Origin: Cyanophyceae cyanobacterium | GTDB taxonomy: Bacteria; Cyanobacteriota; Cyanobacteriia; Cyanobacteriales; JBHJGN01 | Length of the DNA: 64,000 nt | Assembly: GCA_050331735.1 (NCBI GenBank) | Contig: JBHJGN010000077.1 | Coordinates: forward strand, 1 to 64,000 | Reading direction: 5' to 3' | Part shown: positions 10,651 through 20,044 of the stretch, piece after piece | How positions within the stretch are numbered: position 1 is the first letter of the stretch | How the letters are laid out: each line of letters starts with the position of its first letter | Position numbers and translations under genes: made by a program | Notes under the pieces: model-generated | What the model was told of the DNA's origin: nothing | Database searches by the model: none | What the model saw: the letters and a program-made list of their open reading frames with translations, nothing else

Positions 10651-12717
10651 CTAGACGAGCAGTAACAAGCGGTGGAGTAAGTTTCCGACTAGCAGTTTGA
10701 AGCCAATGATGGTTTTTCGCTGACTAAAATCCGTCAGGCTGATGTCGTTAACTTGAACAGGATACTCGCGCTGATTCGCGAGCGCTAAAGTATTTCCCCC
10801 AGTTTGCTGCCGGAGCAACCCTAACAAGCTTTTGGCTGACAGCGTATACAGACCGTACCGCCAAACAGGAGTTACCCAGTCCGATTTTAGGGCTTGATAC
10901 AGCCAAAAGAGCGTTTCTTGATGCTTGCCTTGGAGGTGACTTTGACGCGCCAGGTATATATAAAAACTACTACAGGACAGACGAAACAGAGCCGAGTTGA
11001 TTTCTGGATGTTTGTGTCGAATATCCTGCAACATCAGCGAGTGAGATTTTGCCATTGTAGTGTAGTCTTTGGACATGCTGCCGGATATCTTTCGATAGCC
11101 GACGAGGAACTCCGGCACGACACCAAATTGATAATGCTCGGCAATGCGGAGATAAAGCTCCCAGTCTTCACAGCCTTGAGCCTGCTGTGCTTTTAGCTGG
11201 CCGTTATAAGCGCCAAGGCGCTCAATACAGGCGCGTCGGAATAAAGAGGCGCTGGAATTCCCGATAAAATTATGGCAGATCAGGGTTTTATAAACATTGC
11301 CTTCGATGGCGGCAGCTCGGAATTCTCCGGTGAGGACATCGTCCTCATCAATGTCTACTGACCAGGAATAAACTAATCCAATAGACGAATCTTGCCTGAG
11401 GCGCTGGACCTGTTTTTCCAGGTTCTGGGGATACCAAATATCATCGGCATCGATGGGCGCAATCAATTCTCCCCGTGATTTTTCAATGCCTAAATTGCGG
11501 GCAGCGGCGACTCCGGCATTGGGCTGCTGAACGAGAACGAGGCGCTGGTCTTGCTGAGCAAGGGATAAAATGATGTTGGCTGTTTGATCTTCTGAACCAT
11601 CATCGACCACGATCACTTCTATGTTGCTGTAGGTTTGATTTAGAATAGAATAGAGCGTCTTTTCAATAAAGCCTTCAGCATTGTAGGCTGGCACAATCAC
11701 TGAAACGAGAGGCTCGGTTGTGCCGTGACGCTGTTGATGCCAAGCCCAGGCGTGAGCGAGAATATCTTCTAGGTCTGGATACTGAGGTTGCCAACCTAAC
11801 ACTTTTCTCGCTTTCTCACTGCTTGCCACTAGAATAGGCGGGTCTCCGGGTCGGCGATCGCATTCTTTGACTTCAATATCTTTCCCGGTTATGCCTCTGG
11901 CCACCTCGATCAGTTGTCTAACTGAAAAGCCATTGCCGTTGCCCAGGTTAAATACGTCGCTGCGTCCTTCTCTGAGCAAGTACTCCAGCCCCAACACATG
12001 GGCTTGGGCTAGATCGCAGACGTGAATATAGTCCCGAATACAGGTTCCGTCGGCTGTCGGATAATCCGTACCGAAGAGAGAAAGACTGTCTCGTTGACCT
12101 AAAGCCGCGAGCAAGACGAGGGGAATCAGATGGGGCTCGGGATCGTGATCTTCCCCTAGTCTGCCTGTTGGGTCTGCCCCAGCAGCATTAAAAAAGCGAA
12201 AGATGACTGATTTTAAGCTGTAAGCCTGCTCAAAATCGGCGAGCATTCTTTCGACCGCTAGCTTGCTGGTTCCGTAGGGATTAATCGGATTTTGCGGATC
12301 GTCTTCCCGGATCGGAATGGCGGGCGGCACTCCGTAGGTGGCGCAGGTTGAGGAGAACACCAGATACTGGACCGAAGCAGCGACCATCGCTTCTAGTAGG
12401 GTGAGCGTGGTAGCAACGTTGTTGCGGTAATACTTGGCTGGCTGGGTAAACGACTCGCCGACGTAGGCAGAGGCGGCAAAATGGATGACGGCGGAGATCG
12501 GGTGGGTTTTAAAGATGCGCTCGAGTAGAGAGCGATCGCCAACGTCCCCAATGACTAGTTCGGTTTGCCAGTCTTGAGCAACAAAGTCTGGATGCCCGCA
12601 GGTTAAGTTATCAAGAACAACCATCCGATAGCCTTTACTGCGTAAGACCTGTACAGCATGAGAGCCAATGTATCCAGCTCCGCCTGTTACCAGCAACGTT
12701 GACTGATTGTGAAACAC
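10651..12717 (-). CDS. galE: UDP-glucose 4-epimerase fused to a GT2 glycosyltransferase
   Basis: TGGAGYIGSH, YGTSK and RDYIHV in the N-half; VSVIVPAYN, DDGS and DADD in the C-half; one continuous ORF with GTG start. Confidence 0.88.
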   Translation of the reverse strand: MFHNQSTLLVTGGAGYIGSHAVQVLRSKGYRMVVLDNLTCGHPDFVAQDWQTELVIGDVGDRSLLERIFKTHPISAVIHFAASAYVGESFTQPAKYYRNNVATTLTLLEAMVAASVQYLVFSSTCATYGVPPAIPIREDDPQNPINPYGTSKLAVERMLADFEQAYSLKSVIFRFFNAAGADPTGRLGEDHDPEPHLIPLVLLAALGQRDSLSLFGTDYPTADGTCIRDYIHVCDLAQAHVLGLEYLLREGRSDVFNLGNGNGFSVRQLIEVARGITGKDIEVKECDRRPGDPPILVASSEKARKVLGWQPQYPDLEDILAHAWAWHQQRHGTTEPLVSVIVPAYNAEGFIEKTLYSILNQTYSNIEVIVVDDGSEDQTANIILSLAQQDQRLVLVQQPNAGVAAARNLGIEKSRGELIAPIDADDIWYPQNLEKQVQRLRQDSSIGLVYSWSVDIDEDDVLTGEFRAAAIEGNVYKTLICHNFIGNSSASLFRRACIERLGAYNGQLKAQQAQGCEDWELYLRIAEHYQFGVVPEFLVGYRKISGSMSKDYTTMAKSHSLMLQDIRHKHPEINSALFRLSCSSFYIYLARQSHLQGKHQETLFWLYQALKSDWVTPVWRYGLYTLSAKSLLGLLRQQTGGNTLALANQREYPVQVNDISLTDFSQRKTIIGFKLLVGNLLHRLLLLV

Positions 12718-13057
12718 TGAATACCTGCTCTTAAGACTTGCTCAAAATCATTTCAGAGTCTTAGACAGGCGATGGCAGCAATAGATGGGCAATTCCATAC
12801 TTTTGTCTAATCAGCTTGTGACTTTTTTCGATCTTTCAAAGAGTATCAAATTTGGCATGTTTTTGAAGCATTTAAGTAATTACGATAACTAATCAGTTAT
12901 TGGTTTATTCATGTGAAATGTGACTATTGACTGGCAAATCAGTATCTAAAGCGACAGAGGCAGAAATTTCAAGGTTTCTTCTGAATTAAAAAGTGAGTTA
13001 ATTAGATGCTTTATTGATGATTAAGTGTGGTAAAAGATTAGCTTGCTGAACGCAGCC

Positions 13058-13075
13058 CCCGGAAGTGATTCCGGG
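13058..13075. repeat. REP-like GC hairpin
   Basis: CCCGGAA-GTGA-TTCCGGG, a perfect 7-bp stem in an intergenic region. Confidence 0.45.
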
Positions 13076-13345
13076 TGAACGTTTAGAACCAGTTAGCAAA
13101 CCAACGTCTCGATACCACAAGTCTTCTTGCCCGTATCCTTTGAACATTGCTAACTACAGGTATTTGCTATTAGTAAATTATCTGCGCCTCTAGATCAAAC
13201 TTCAGGGTTCATGCTGAGCTAACCTTAAACGTTAGTTAATCAAGGAATCATCGATAATTTGAAGGCGTAAGCTCGACGGACGGTTCGAGTGCTGAAGCTT
13301 CTGACCGCTGAACGTTGAGAAACTAACCCAGTAAGGAGAAACGGC

Positions 13346-14713
13346 ATGACCACTCTGCTAGTCAAAAACATTCGGACGCTAGTCACAATGGATGAGTCGC
13401 GACGGGAAATTGAACAGGGAGCTTTGTTCATTCGGGATAACGTTATCGAGCAGGTGGGTAAGACGGCAGAGCTACCGCCAACGGCGGATGAAGTTTTAGA
13501 CTTACAGAATCGTTACGTTGTCTTGCCGGGTTTAGTCAATACGCACCATCATTTTTTCCAAACCCTCACTCGCGCCGTTCCCAACACCCAAAACAAAGAA
13601 CTGTTTGGCTGGCTCCAAGGTCTTTATCCCCTGTGGTCGAATCTGACCGCAGAAGGGGTTTACGTCAGTGCTCAAATGGCGGCGGCGGAACTCATTCTCT
13701 CTGGCTGCACGACAGCGAGCGATCACCTCTACCTGTATCCCAACGGCGCTCGCTTAGACGACGAAATCCAGGCCATTCAGGAGATTGGCCTGCGCTTTCA
13801 TGCTAGTCGGGGCAGCATGAGCGTGGGTGAAAGTCAAGGCGGACTCCCCCCCGATTCTTTAACTGAATCAGAAGCCGACATTCTCAAAGATTCCCAGCGA
13901 CTTATTGAACAGTATCACGACAACAGCCGACACTCGATGCTGCGAATGGTGCTGGCTCCGTGTTCTCCTTTTTCGGTATCTCAAGACCTGATGCGAGAAT
14001 CGGCTCAGCTTGCTCGCGCCTATCCGGGGGTGAGACTGCACACCCATTTGGCAGAAACTCAGCCGGATGTCGCCTACAGCTTAGAAAAATTCGGCACGAT
14101 CCCCGGCGATTACGCCGAAGCGGTCGGCTGGCTAGGGAACGATGTGTGGCACGCTCACTGCGTTCACCTCAGTGACGAGTCGATTGGTAAATTTGCCCGC
14201 ACTGGTACAGGAGTCGCTCACTGTCCGGGGAGCAACATGCGTCTGGCTAGCGGCATCGCTCCGGTCAGGAAAATGCTCAATCGGGGAGTTCCAGTGGGTC
14301 TAGGAGCAGATGGTGCCGCTTCTAACGATGCGACTAATCTGCTCAACGAAGCGCGGCTGGCCATGCTGTTGGCTCGCGTTGGCAGCGGCGATCCCCTGGC
14401 GCTGACGGCTCGCCAAGTCCTGGAACTGGCCACTCGTGGAGGCGCTCGCGTTTTAGGGCGAGACGATGTTGGCTATCTGGCTCCCGGCATGTCTGCCGAC
14501 TTTATTGCCTTTAACTGCGATCGCCCTCACTTTGCCGGTGCTCTCCATGATTTGGTAGCCGCGCTGGTGTTCTGCCACTCCGACAGCGTTGACTACAGCT
14601 TCATCAACGGCAAAAAGATTGTCGAGCGGGGACGATTGACCACCGTTGAACTAGAGCCGCTAGTCGAAAAAAACAACCAACTCGCTCAGAAACTAGCTAA
14701 TGGGGAAAGGTAA
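13346..14713 (+). CDS. 8-oxoguanine deaminase-like amidohydrolase (AtzB/hydroxydechloroatrazine family)
   Basis: NTHHHFFQTLTRA, SDHLY, APCSPFS, HTHLAE, HAHCVH and DGAASND motifs; AAGGAG RBS. Confidence 0.88.
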   Translation: MTTLLVKNIRTLVTMDESRREIEQGALFIRDNVIEQVGKTAELPPTADEVLDLQNRYVVLPGLVNTHHHFFQTLTRAVPNTQNKELFGWLQGLYPLWSNLTAEGVYVSAQMAAAELILSGCTTASDHLYLYPNGARLDDEIQAIQEIGLRFHASRGSMSVGESQGGLPPDSLTESEADILKDSQRLIEQYHDNSRHSMLRMVLAPCSPFSVSQDLMRESAQLARAYPGVRLHTHLAETQPDVAYSLEKFGTIPGDYAEAVGWLGNDVWHAHCVHLSDESIGKFARTGTGVAHCPGSNMRLASGIAPVRKMLNRGVPVGLGADGAASNDATNLLNEARLAMLLARVGSGDPLALTARQVLELATRGGARVLGRDDVGYLAPGMSADFIAFNCDRPHFAGALHDLVAALVFCHSDSVDYSFINGKKIVERGRLTTVELEPLVEKNNQLAQKLANGER

Positions 14714-14940
14714 AGCGCCGCAGGCGCGGGGAAAGCAGCGAAGCTGCTGGGAAAGGGGGAAAGGGGAAGGGGAAAAGGGGTGAATGAATCAGCTTGCTCC
14801 TTAGCTCTGTGTTCTTTTCCCGTCGCGAACGCGACAATTTACCCCTTCCCCGTTCTGGAGGAACAGATTTCCCTTTCCCCTTTTCCCGCCGCGACAGCGG
14901 CTTTCCCCTGCGCCTGCGGCGCTTCCCCGTTCCGGAGGGA
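14701..14940. repeat. Composite palindromic/heptamer dispersed repeat, copy 1
   Basis: Outer inverted repeat 14715-14736 / 14900-14922, GGGGAAA heptamers, and mini-hairpins GCAGCGAAGCTGC and GTCGCGAACGCGAC. Confidence 0.8.
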
Positions 14941-14941
14941 C

Positions 14942-16756
14942 TTAGAAAGTAAACTGAGTCCGCACATGCCCCACAAAAATGTTGGCATTGTCGTCGAAGT
15001 TGTTGGGGTTGGCGATAAAGTAAAAGGCGGGATAAAGCCCGATGTTGTCGGTTAAGGGGAAGAAGTAAGCTCCTTCGAGCTCGTACTGGACTCCGCCATC
15101 GCCGCCGCCAGAGACGAAGAATTCCCGACCATCGCGGATCGAGTAGGGAATCAGATAGGAAACCGTGGCGATCGCTCCTTCTTTGAATAGGTCGGGGAAC
15201 GCGACTCCTAGCTGGAGCGACTGCACCTCTACTTCTTCAGATTCGCGTCCTTCAATATCGAGATTAGAGATGCTGTAGCCGTAGCGACCAAAAACGCCGA
15301 TGCGCTCGGTAATCAGCCAGTCGAAATTGACGCTAAAGACGTCAGCCGCGAGATCGTCGAGTTCTCCGCCTTCTGGTCCCGCATCAACGAAGCCGCCAAT
15401 CGGTTCTCCGGCTGCTCCGCCGATTTGCCCGTCGATGGCCTCGCGGCGAGCGCGGTTGTACAGAAACCGGAGGTTGATGCGATCGCTCGGAGAAAAGGTG
15501 ACTTCGGCAGTGATGGAATTGGTACCGTCGAATAAACCTTCTTCGGGATCGGAGGCGGTATTAAAGCCCGGAGTAAAGGCGAGAAATTCGGTATTTTCCC
15601 CGAGGTAGGCCGCTCCAAATCTAAACTGCTCAGAAATATCCCAAATGGCTGCTGCTCCCGAACCGCGGTCGATCATGTTGAGTAAGGTACTGCCGCTAGA
15701 GTTGAAGCTGCCGGCCCCGTTAAGAATAAAGGTAAAGCGATTATTGTCGAAGTAGCGATACCAGTTGATGCGGGGTCCAACCACTACCTGAAGACTATCG
15801 GTGGCCGCAAAGCTGTAGAACAGTTCCCGGATTAGGGTGTTATTGTCTCCCCCTCCAGCAGACTGGTCGAGGAAGGGAACCCCATAGGTATTAAATAAGC
15901 CTGCCGAGACAAATTGATTAGCGGGAGAGTTACTGTTACCAGAGGCAAGCTGAATGGTTAAGTTATCTCTTCCCGTAAAGGACGTGTTTAAATTCAGCCA
16001 CACCAGATCGCTTAAGACAATCTCCGGGTCGTCATCGACGACTCGCGTGACGGGTTCGCTGGCGGTTCGTTCGGCGCGAAACGCATCTCTGCCCTCGGCG
16101 AGAATATCGCCATCGGAAAATGCACCAGTTAAGTTGAAAAACGCTTGTCCAATCAGTTTAGTTGTTGTGGAAAACTGATTGTCTTCTAGGAACGCTACGC
16201 GACCCTCCAGATTATCAATCCGTCCGCCAATCGTTGCCAGTTCTGCTTCAAACTCCTGCGCTAACCTTTGGAGCTGCTCAAGATCTTCTGGCGCAATGCC
16301 GCCGCCGCTGGAAGCGATCAGGCTTTCAACGGCGTTTAAGCAGGAGTTCAACCCCGCCGCAAATTCATAGCGAGTCAGGGCGCGGTTTCCGCGATAGGTT
16401 TGGTCGGGGTAGCCTTCGATGCACCCGTAGCGCTCGACTAAACTCCGCAGCGCCTCAAAGGCCCAGTCTCCCGGAGAAATGTCCCGCAACTGCTCGACGG
16501 TGGTAACTTGCTGCATTGGGGTTGCTTCTAGCTCCCCTAGGTCGTTGTAGCTGTCCATGCGGTCGAGGGCGGGATTGTAGGGAAGCTGGGCGACTTGAGC
16601 CTCCCGCTCAGTTACCGTCTCCTCCGCAAAGGGCATTTCCACCGCGGTTGGGTCTAGCCCAGCACCGGAATGGGCGATCGCCGGAAGCGGCAAACCGGTA
16701 ATTATTGCGGCTGGCAACGTCCATTGCCAAATTTCAGTCCATCGCTTGCTCATCAA
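14942..16756 (-). CDS. Cyanobacterial outer-membrane porin (SLH domain + OprB-like barrel)
   Basis: Signal peptide, SLH (DWAFEALRSLVERYGCI...RYEFAAGL), coiled coil, QFSTTTKL, and C-terminal RTQFTF. Confidence 0.93.
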   Translation of the reverse strand: MMSKRWTEIWQWTLPAAIITGLPLPAIAHSGAGLDPTAVEMPFAEETVTEREAQVAQLPYNPALDRMDSYNDLGELEATPMQQVTTVEQLRDISPGDWAFEALRSLVERYGCIEGYPDQTYRGNRALTRYEFAAGLNSCLNAVESLIASSGGGIAPEDLEQLQRLAQEFEAELATIGGRIDNLEGRVAFLEDNQFSTTTKLIGQAFFNLTGAFSDGDILAEGRDAFRAERTASEPVTRVVDDDPEIVLSDLVWLNLNTSFTGRDNLTIQLASGNSNSPANQFVSAGLFNTYGVPFLDQSAGGGDNNTLIRELFYSFAATDSLQVVVGPRINWYRYFDNNRFTFILNGAGSFNSSGSTLLNMIDRGSGAAAIWDISEQFRFGAAYLGENTEFLAFTPGFNTASDPEEGLFDGTNSITAEVTFSPSDRINLRFLYNRARREAIDGQIGGAAGEPIGGFVDAGPEGGELDDLAADVFSVNFDWLITERIGVFGRYGYSISNLDIEGRESEEVEVQSLQLGVAFPDLFKEGAIATVSYLIPYSIRDGREFFVSGGGDGGVQYELEGAYFFPLTDNIGLYPAFYFIANPNNFDDNANIFVGHVRTQFTF

Positions 16757-16807
16757 TACCTCACACCTAAATTAATCGAACTTTTAGCGAATAACGCGTT
16801 ATTTTGC

Positions 16808-16864
16808 TGCATACGGCATACAAGCTAGAACAAAATTTAGGGGGCAATTGTTAAGCAGGCTACA
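16808..16864 (-). promoter_or_regulatory. Putative NtcA-activated, GntR-repressed porin promoter
   Basis: On the minus strand, GTA-N8-AAC (16863-16850) is followed after 22 nt by TAGCTT (-10; 16827-16822), then operator TGTATGCCGTATGCA (16822-16808). Confidence 0.65.
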
Positions 16865-16960
16865 ATTATGGACAAACGTGTAGGGATTCGATTACATTCC
16901 AAAAAGAGTTCCTTGGGGCTGAAACAGCTTCAGTTTCTAAGAATTCCGATGCGAGAGAGT

Positions 16961-17004
16961 TTGCTCCCTCCCCTTGGCTCGCTATAATGTGTATGCTGTA
17001 TGCA
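16961..17004 (+). promoter_or_regulatory. gntR promoter with autoregulatory operator
   Basis: TTGCTC (16961), 16 nt, TATAAT (16983-16988), then TGTATGCTGTATGCA (16990-17004). Confidence 0.65.
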
Positions 17005-17051
17005 AGAGAAACAGCCTGTTTTCTAGTTTAAAGTGGTTTTCGGCTTGACCT

Positions 17052-17750
17052 ATGGTTGCTATTCAACGAAGTAAATCCCTACGAGAGCAAGTCTATCAAG
17101 CCCTGCGTAAAATTATTTTGGCAGGAGATTTAGCATCAGGAGAACGCATTGTCGAAACCCAGTTAGCTCAACGGTTGAAGGTGAGCCGGACACCGATTCG
17201 TGAAGCGATCGGGCAACTCCAGCGAGAGAAGCTAATTGTTTCCAACCTCAACGGCGGTTTTAAGGTCGCGACGCTCTCGACAGAAGATGCTATTCAGCTC
17301 TACGACTGTCGGATTGCGCTAGAGCAGCTCGCGATCGCGAGCGCTTGCGAACAGGCGACTCCTCAGCAGTTAAAACAATTAGAAAACTACGTGCTGTCAG
17401 CAGAATTAGCCGAATCGGAGCTGAATCAACGAGACAGCCTAGAGCGATTGGAATTAGACTATCAGTTTCATCGCCTGATCGCCGAAATTTCGGGGAACCA
17501 ATGGTTGCTCACTCTGCTCGATCAGGTATTTGACAAGATGGCCCTGCTTAGGATTCAGACTACCAAACATAATCCGCAGGTGTTGGAAATCCGGTTGGAG
17601 CATCGGCAAATCTACGAGGCGATCGCCACCAGAAACCCGGAGTACGCCCGAAAAACGATTAAAGAGCATCTGAGCGCGAGTAAAGTCAGAGTGGTGCGGG
17701 AACTAGAAAACTTGCAGCAACAAACGCAGAATATTACCGAAGGAGAATAA
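17052..17750 (+). CDS. GntR (FadR/FCD) transcriptional regulator
   Basis: wHTH LAQRLKVSRTPIREA and FCD domain (DYQFH, EH..IY). Confidence 0.95.
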   Translation: MVAIQRSKSLREQVYQALRKIILAGDLASGERIVETQLAQRLKVSRTPIREAIGQLQREKLIVSNLNGGFKVATLSTEDAIQLYDCRIALEQLAIASACEQATPQQLKQLENYVLSAELAESELNQRDSLERLELDYQFHRLIAEISGNQWLLTLLDQVFDKMALLRIQTTKHNPQVLEIRLEHRQIYEAIATRNPEYARKTIKEHLSASKVRVVRELENLQQQTQNITEGE

Positions 17751-17756
17751 CGTTCA

Positions 17757-18161
17757 ATGACAGCAGCGATGGCGACCAAGCGAGTGTTTATCTGTGGTTC
17801 GGCGCTCAGAGGTCAGCCCGATCATCAAAATCTTCAGTCAGCAAAATTTATTAAGCCAACTAAAACGCTGCCGCAGTATCGCCTCCACGCCGCCGAAAAC
17901 GGGTGGCATCCAGCCATTTATGCTGTAGCAGAGGGCGGCGTTAGTATTCCGGGCGAAATTTATGAAATGACCGACGAGCAGTACGACTACCTGCTTGCCA
18001 ACGAGCCTCCTCATATGTACCCCGACACCGTTAATCTGGAGTCAGGAGAACAGGCGATCGCCATGCTCTACCCCCAAGAACTAGTCGAAAAACATCGCTG
18101 GCCCGATATTTCCGATATTGGTGGCTGGGCAGCCTATAAACTTTCACAGCAGGAAGAGTAA
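17757..18161 (+). CDS. Gamma-glutamylcyclotransferase-fold protein resembling the allophanate hydrolase C-terminal domain
   Basis: VFICGSALRGQPDH, T.P.YRL, IPGEIY and GGWAAY motifs; starts 6 nt after gntR. Confidence 0.7.
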   Translation: MTAAMATKRVFICGSALRGQPDHQNLQSAKFIKPTKTLPQYRLHAAENGWHPAIYAVAEGGVSIPGEIYEMTDEQYDYLLANEPPHMYPDTVNLESGEQAIAMLYPQELVEKHRWPDISDIGGWAAYKLSQQEE

Positions 18162-18275
18162 AATTATGTTCCTAGTTAACTCAAAGTTCTGCCGAACTCA
18201 GGTTCCGGCGGCTGCTTTGAGCAAGCTCGATGGTTTCAGTTCGCCGTCTACTACATTTCCTATTTACTTGAAAAA

Positions 18276-19586
18276 TTACAGAGCTTCTACCAACTTTTCT
18301 TGAGATTTCTTGACTTTTGAACACCAGTTTTTGTATCTATGCAAAATTTCTGCGTAGGAAACAGTGGACTCATAGAGAGCCTCAAATAGTGGTGGGAAAA
18401 AACGTTTGGGAAAGAATCGATGCAGAACTGTAGCGACACGCTCTTTAATAATAAACTCAATAAACAATGGTTTAGATAAAGGAAGAGTATTACTACTAAG
18501 CTCGCTCGCCGCGTGAGTATCAGCCAAACGGCAAGTCGTAAATTGTTCTAGCACCAGCTTTAAGTCGTCGGCATATTGATTCAAAAGCTGGTTGAGAACA
18601 ACCACATCCTCAAGAGCGCAATTGCACCCTTGACCAAGAGCGGGGGATACAGCATGAGCAGCATCGCCAATGAGTAAGGCGCTATCGGAATAGTGATAGT
18701 GGCTACAGCGAATGGTTAACGTAGTGGCAATAGGTCTTTTGAGAAAAGCTGCCGCTTCTGATTCAGGCATGAGTTGACCGACTTGGGGAAAATTTTGCTC
18801 AAAGAATTGCAGAACTTCTGCTTCGCTCTTAAGAGCAGTGACTCGTTGATCTCCTCTGGGAAAGCGAATAATCCCGCTCATTGTGCCGTCAGCTTGATGC
18901 AGCAGAATGACTCCGATGCTGCCATCTAATCTCCAGGCATGAATCTTACTCGGTTCAAGGGCAATCTGGAGTTTTTCATTGCTCCCAGAGGGCAGGAAAA
19001 CTGATTTGTAGTCATCAGAAACGTATTTTTGTTCCAATTCAAATAACTTAGTATTTAAAAAATGTCTTCTCACAACAGAACGTGCTCCATCTGCTCCCAC
19101 TAAGAGGTCATAAGCAATAGATAAATATTCTGGTTCTGTTGAGGCTAGATTTTGAAAATTTGCTGTCTTCGCGTCTAAGTCTATATGGGTACAGGAGCAT
19201 TGAAAATATAAATTTAAGCGGGAATTGGCAAACTTTTGTAGGGTATTTAATAAGACTTTTGTAAAGTCAGTGCGATCGAGGGCGAATAAGGGCTTATTTC
19301 TGATAACAACTATCTGCTTCCCATTTTGCTGATGAACAATATTCCCCCACATCTCTACACTGATCGCTAAAACGGCTTCTTCTAAACCTGGTATTTTCCG
19401 TAAGGCGTTCATTCCTCTGCCGCTTAAACTAATCGGAAAAGTTCGAGACTTAGAAACGGATACAGTTCTCGGATCGGGGCGACGCTCGTATATATCTATC
19501 TGATATTTGTTATCGCGGGCCAGTAAATAGTGAGCGAGAAGAAGGCCGCTTGGTCCGGCACCAACAATGACAACTTTTTTAGACAT
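18276..19586 (-). CDS. FAD-dependent monooxygenase, kynurenine 3-monooxygenase-like
   Basis: GAGPSG, GADGARS and GDAAHAVSPALGQGCNCALED; start at MSKK. Confidence 0.85.
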   Translation of the reverse strand: MSKKVVIVGAGPSGLLLAHYLLARDNKYQIDIYERRPDPRTVSVSKSRTFPISLSGRGMNALRKIPGLEEAVLAISVEMWGNIVHQQNGKQIVVIRNKPLFALDRTDFTKVLLNTLQKFANSRLNLYFQCSCTHIDLDAKTANFQNLASTEPEYLSIAYDLLVGADGARSVVRRHFLNTKLFELEQKYVSDDYKSVFLPSGSNEKLQIALEPSKIHAWRLDGSIGVILLHQADGTMSGIIRFPRGDQRVTALKSEAEVLQFFEQNFPQVGQLMPESEAAAFLKRPIATTLTIRCSHYHYSDSALLIGDAAHAVSPALGQGCNCALEDVVVLNQLLNQYADDLKLVLEQFTTCRLADTHAASELSSNTLPLSKPLFIEFIIKERVATVLHRFFPKRFFPPLFEALYESTVSYAEILHRYKNWCSKVKKSQEKLVEAL

Positions 19587-19767
19587 ATCCAGCGTTTCTA
19601 ATGGTTTAAGCAAAATATTTTATTGTTAGTGGTTAAGCTTGTTTTTAACTAACCACTACCCCAAGCTCAACTTCTCAAAGTGCAACTAATGAAGTAGATT
19701 GGATTTTACTTGGGTTTTCTTGAGTTAGAACAATGTATGTGATTGATTGTCATAAGGTATACAGGAT

Positions 19768-19950
19768 TCATGGTAATAATTTGATGTACTCTCTTCCTCG
19801 ATACTTAAGAGTAAAACCGTTTTTAAGCGTTGCATTCCTCGTCTTTCCAATCTGATAAGAGACTCCCCGATACTTGCCATTAATCGTTTTATCGGTTGCT
19901 GAGCGGGTTAAGTTAGATTGGTAAGAAATACCGCGATAAATGAGCTGCAT
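19768..19950 (-). CDS. DUF4278-like small protein
   Basis: MQLIYRGISY...GKYRGVSY...LKYRGREY repeats; AAGGAG RBS. Confidence 0.8.
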   Translation of the reverse strand: MQLIYRGISYQSNLTRSATDKTINGKYRGVSYQIGKTRNATLKNGFTLKYRGREYIKLLP

Positions 19951-20044
19951 CTTTTTCTCCTTAAATTTTCGTGTTGTTTTTTTAATGGCTACCAAGCGAA
20001 CTAACTGATGCACTTATAGCTAAAACGATGGCAGGTTAAAGAGT

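Noticed and set aside
13265..13320. Xanthine (NMT1) riboswitch-like text CGTTCAGCGG before the deaminase
   Set aside because: The match is short, lies on the strand opposite the gene, and the rest of the aptamer is not evident
19951..20044. Glutamine (glnA-type) riboswitch upstream of the DUF4278 gene
   Set aside because: ATCGTT is present on the minus strand, but the conserved GACGGAAG...GAAGGAACG core is not
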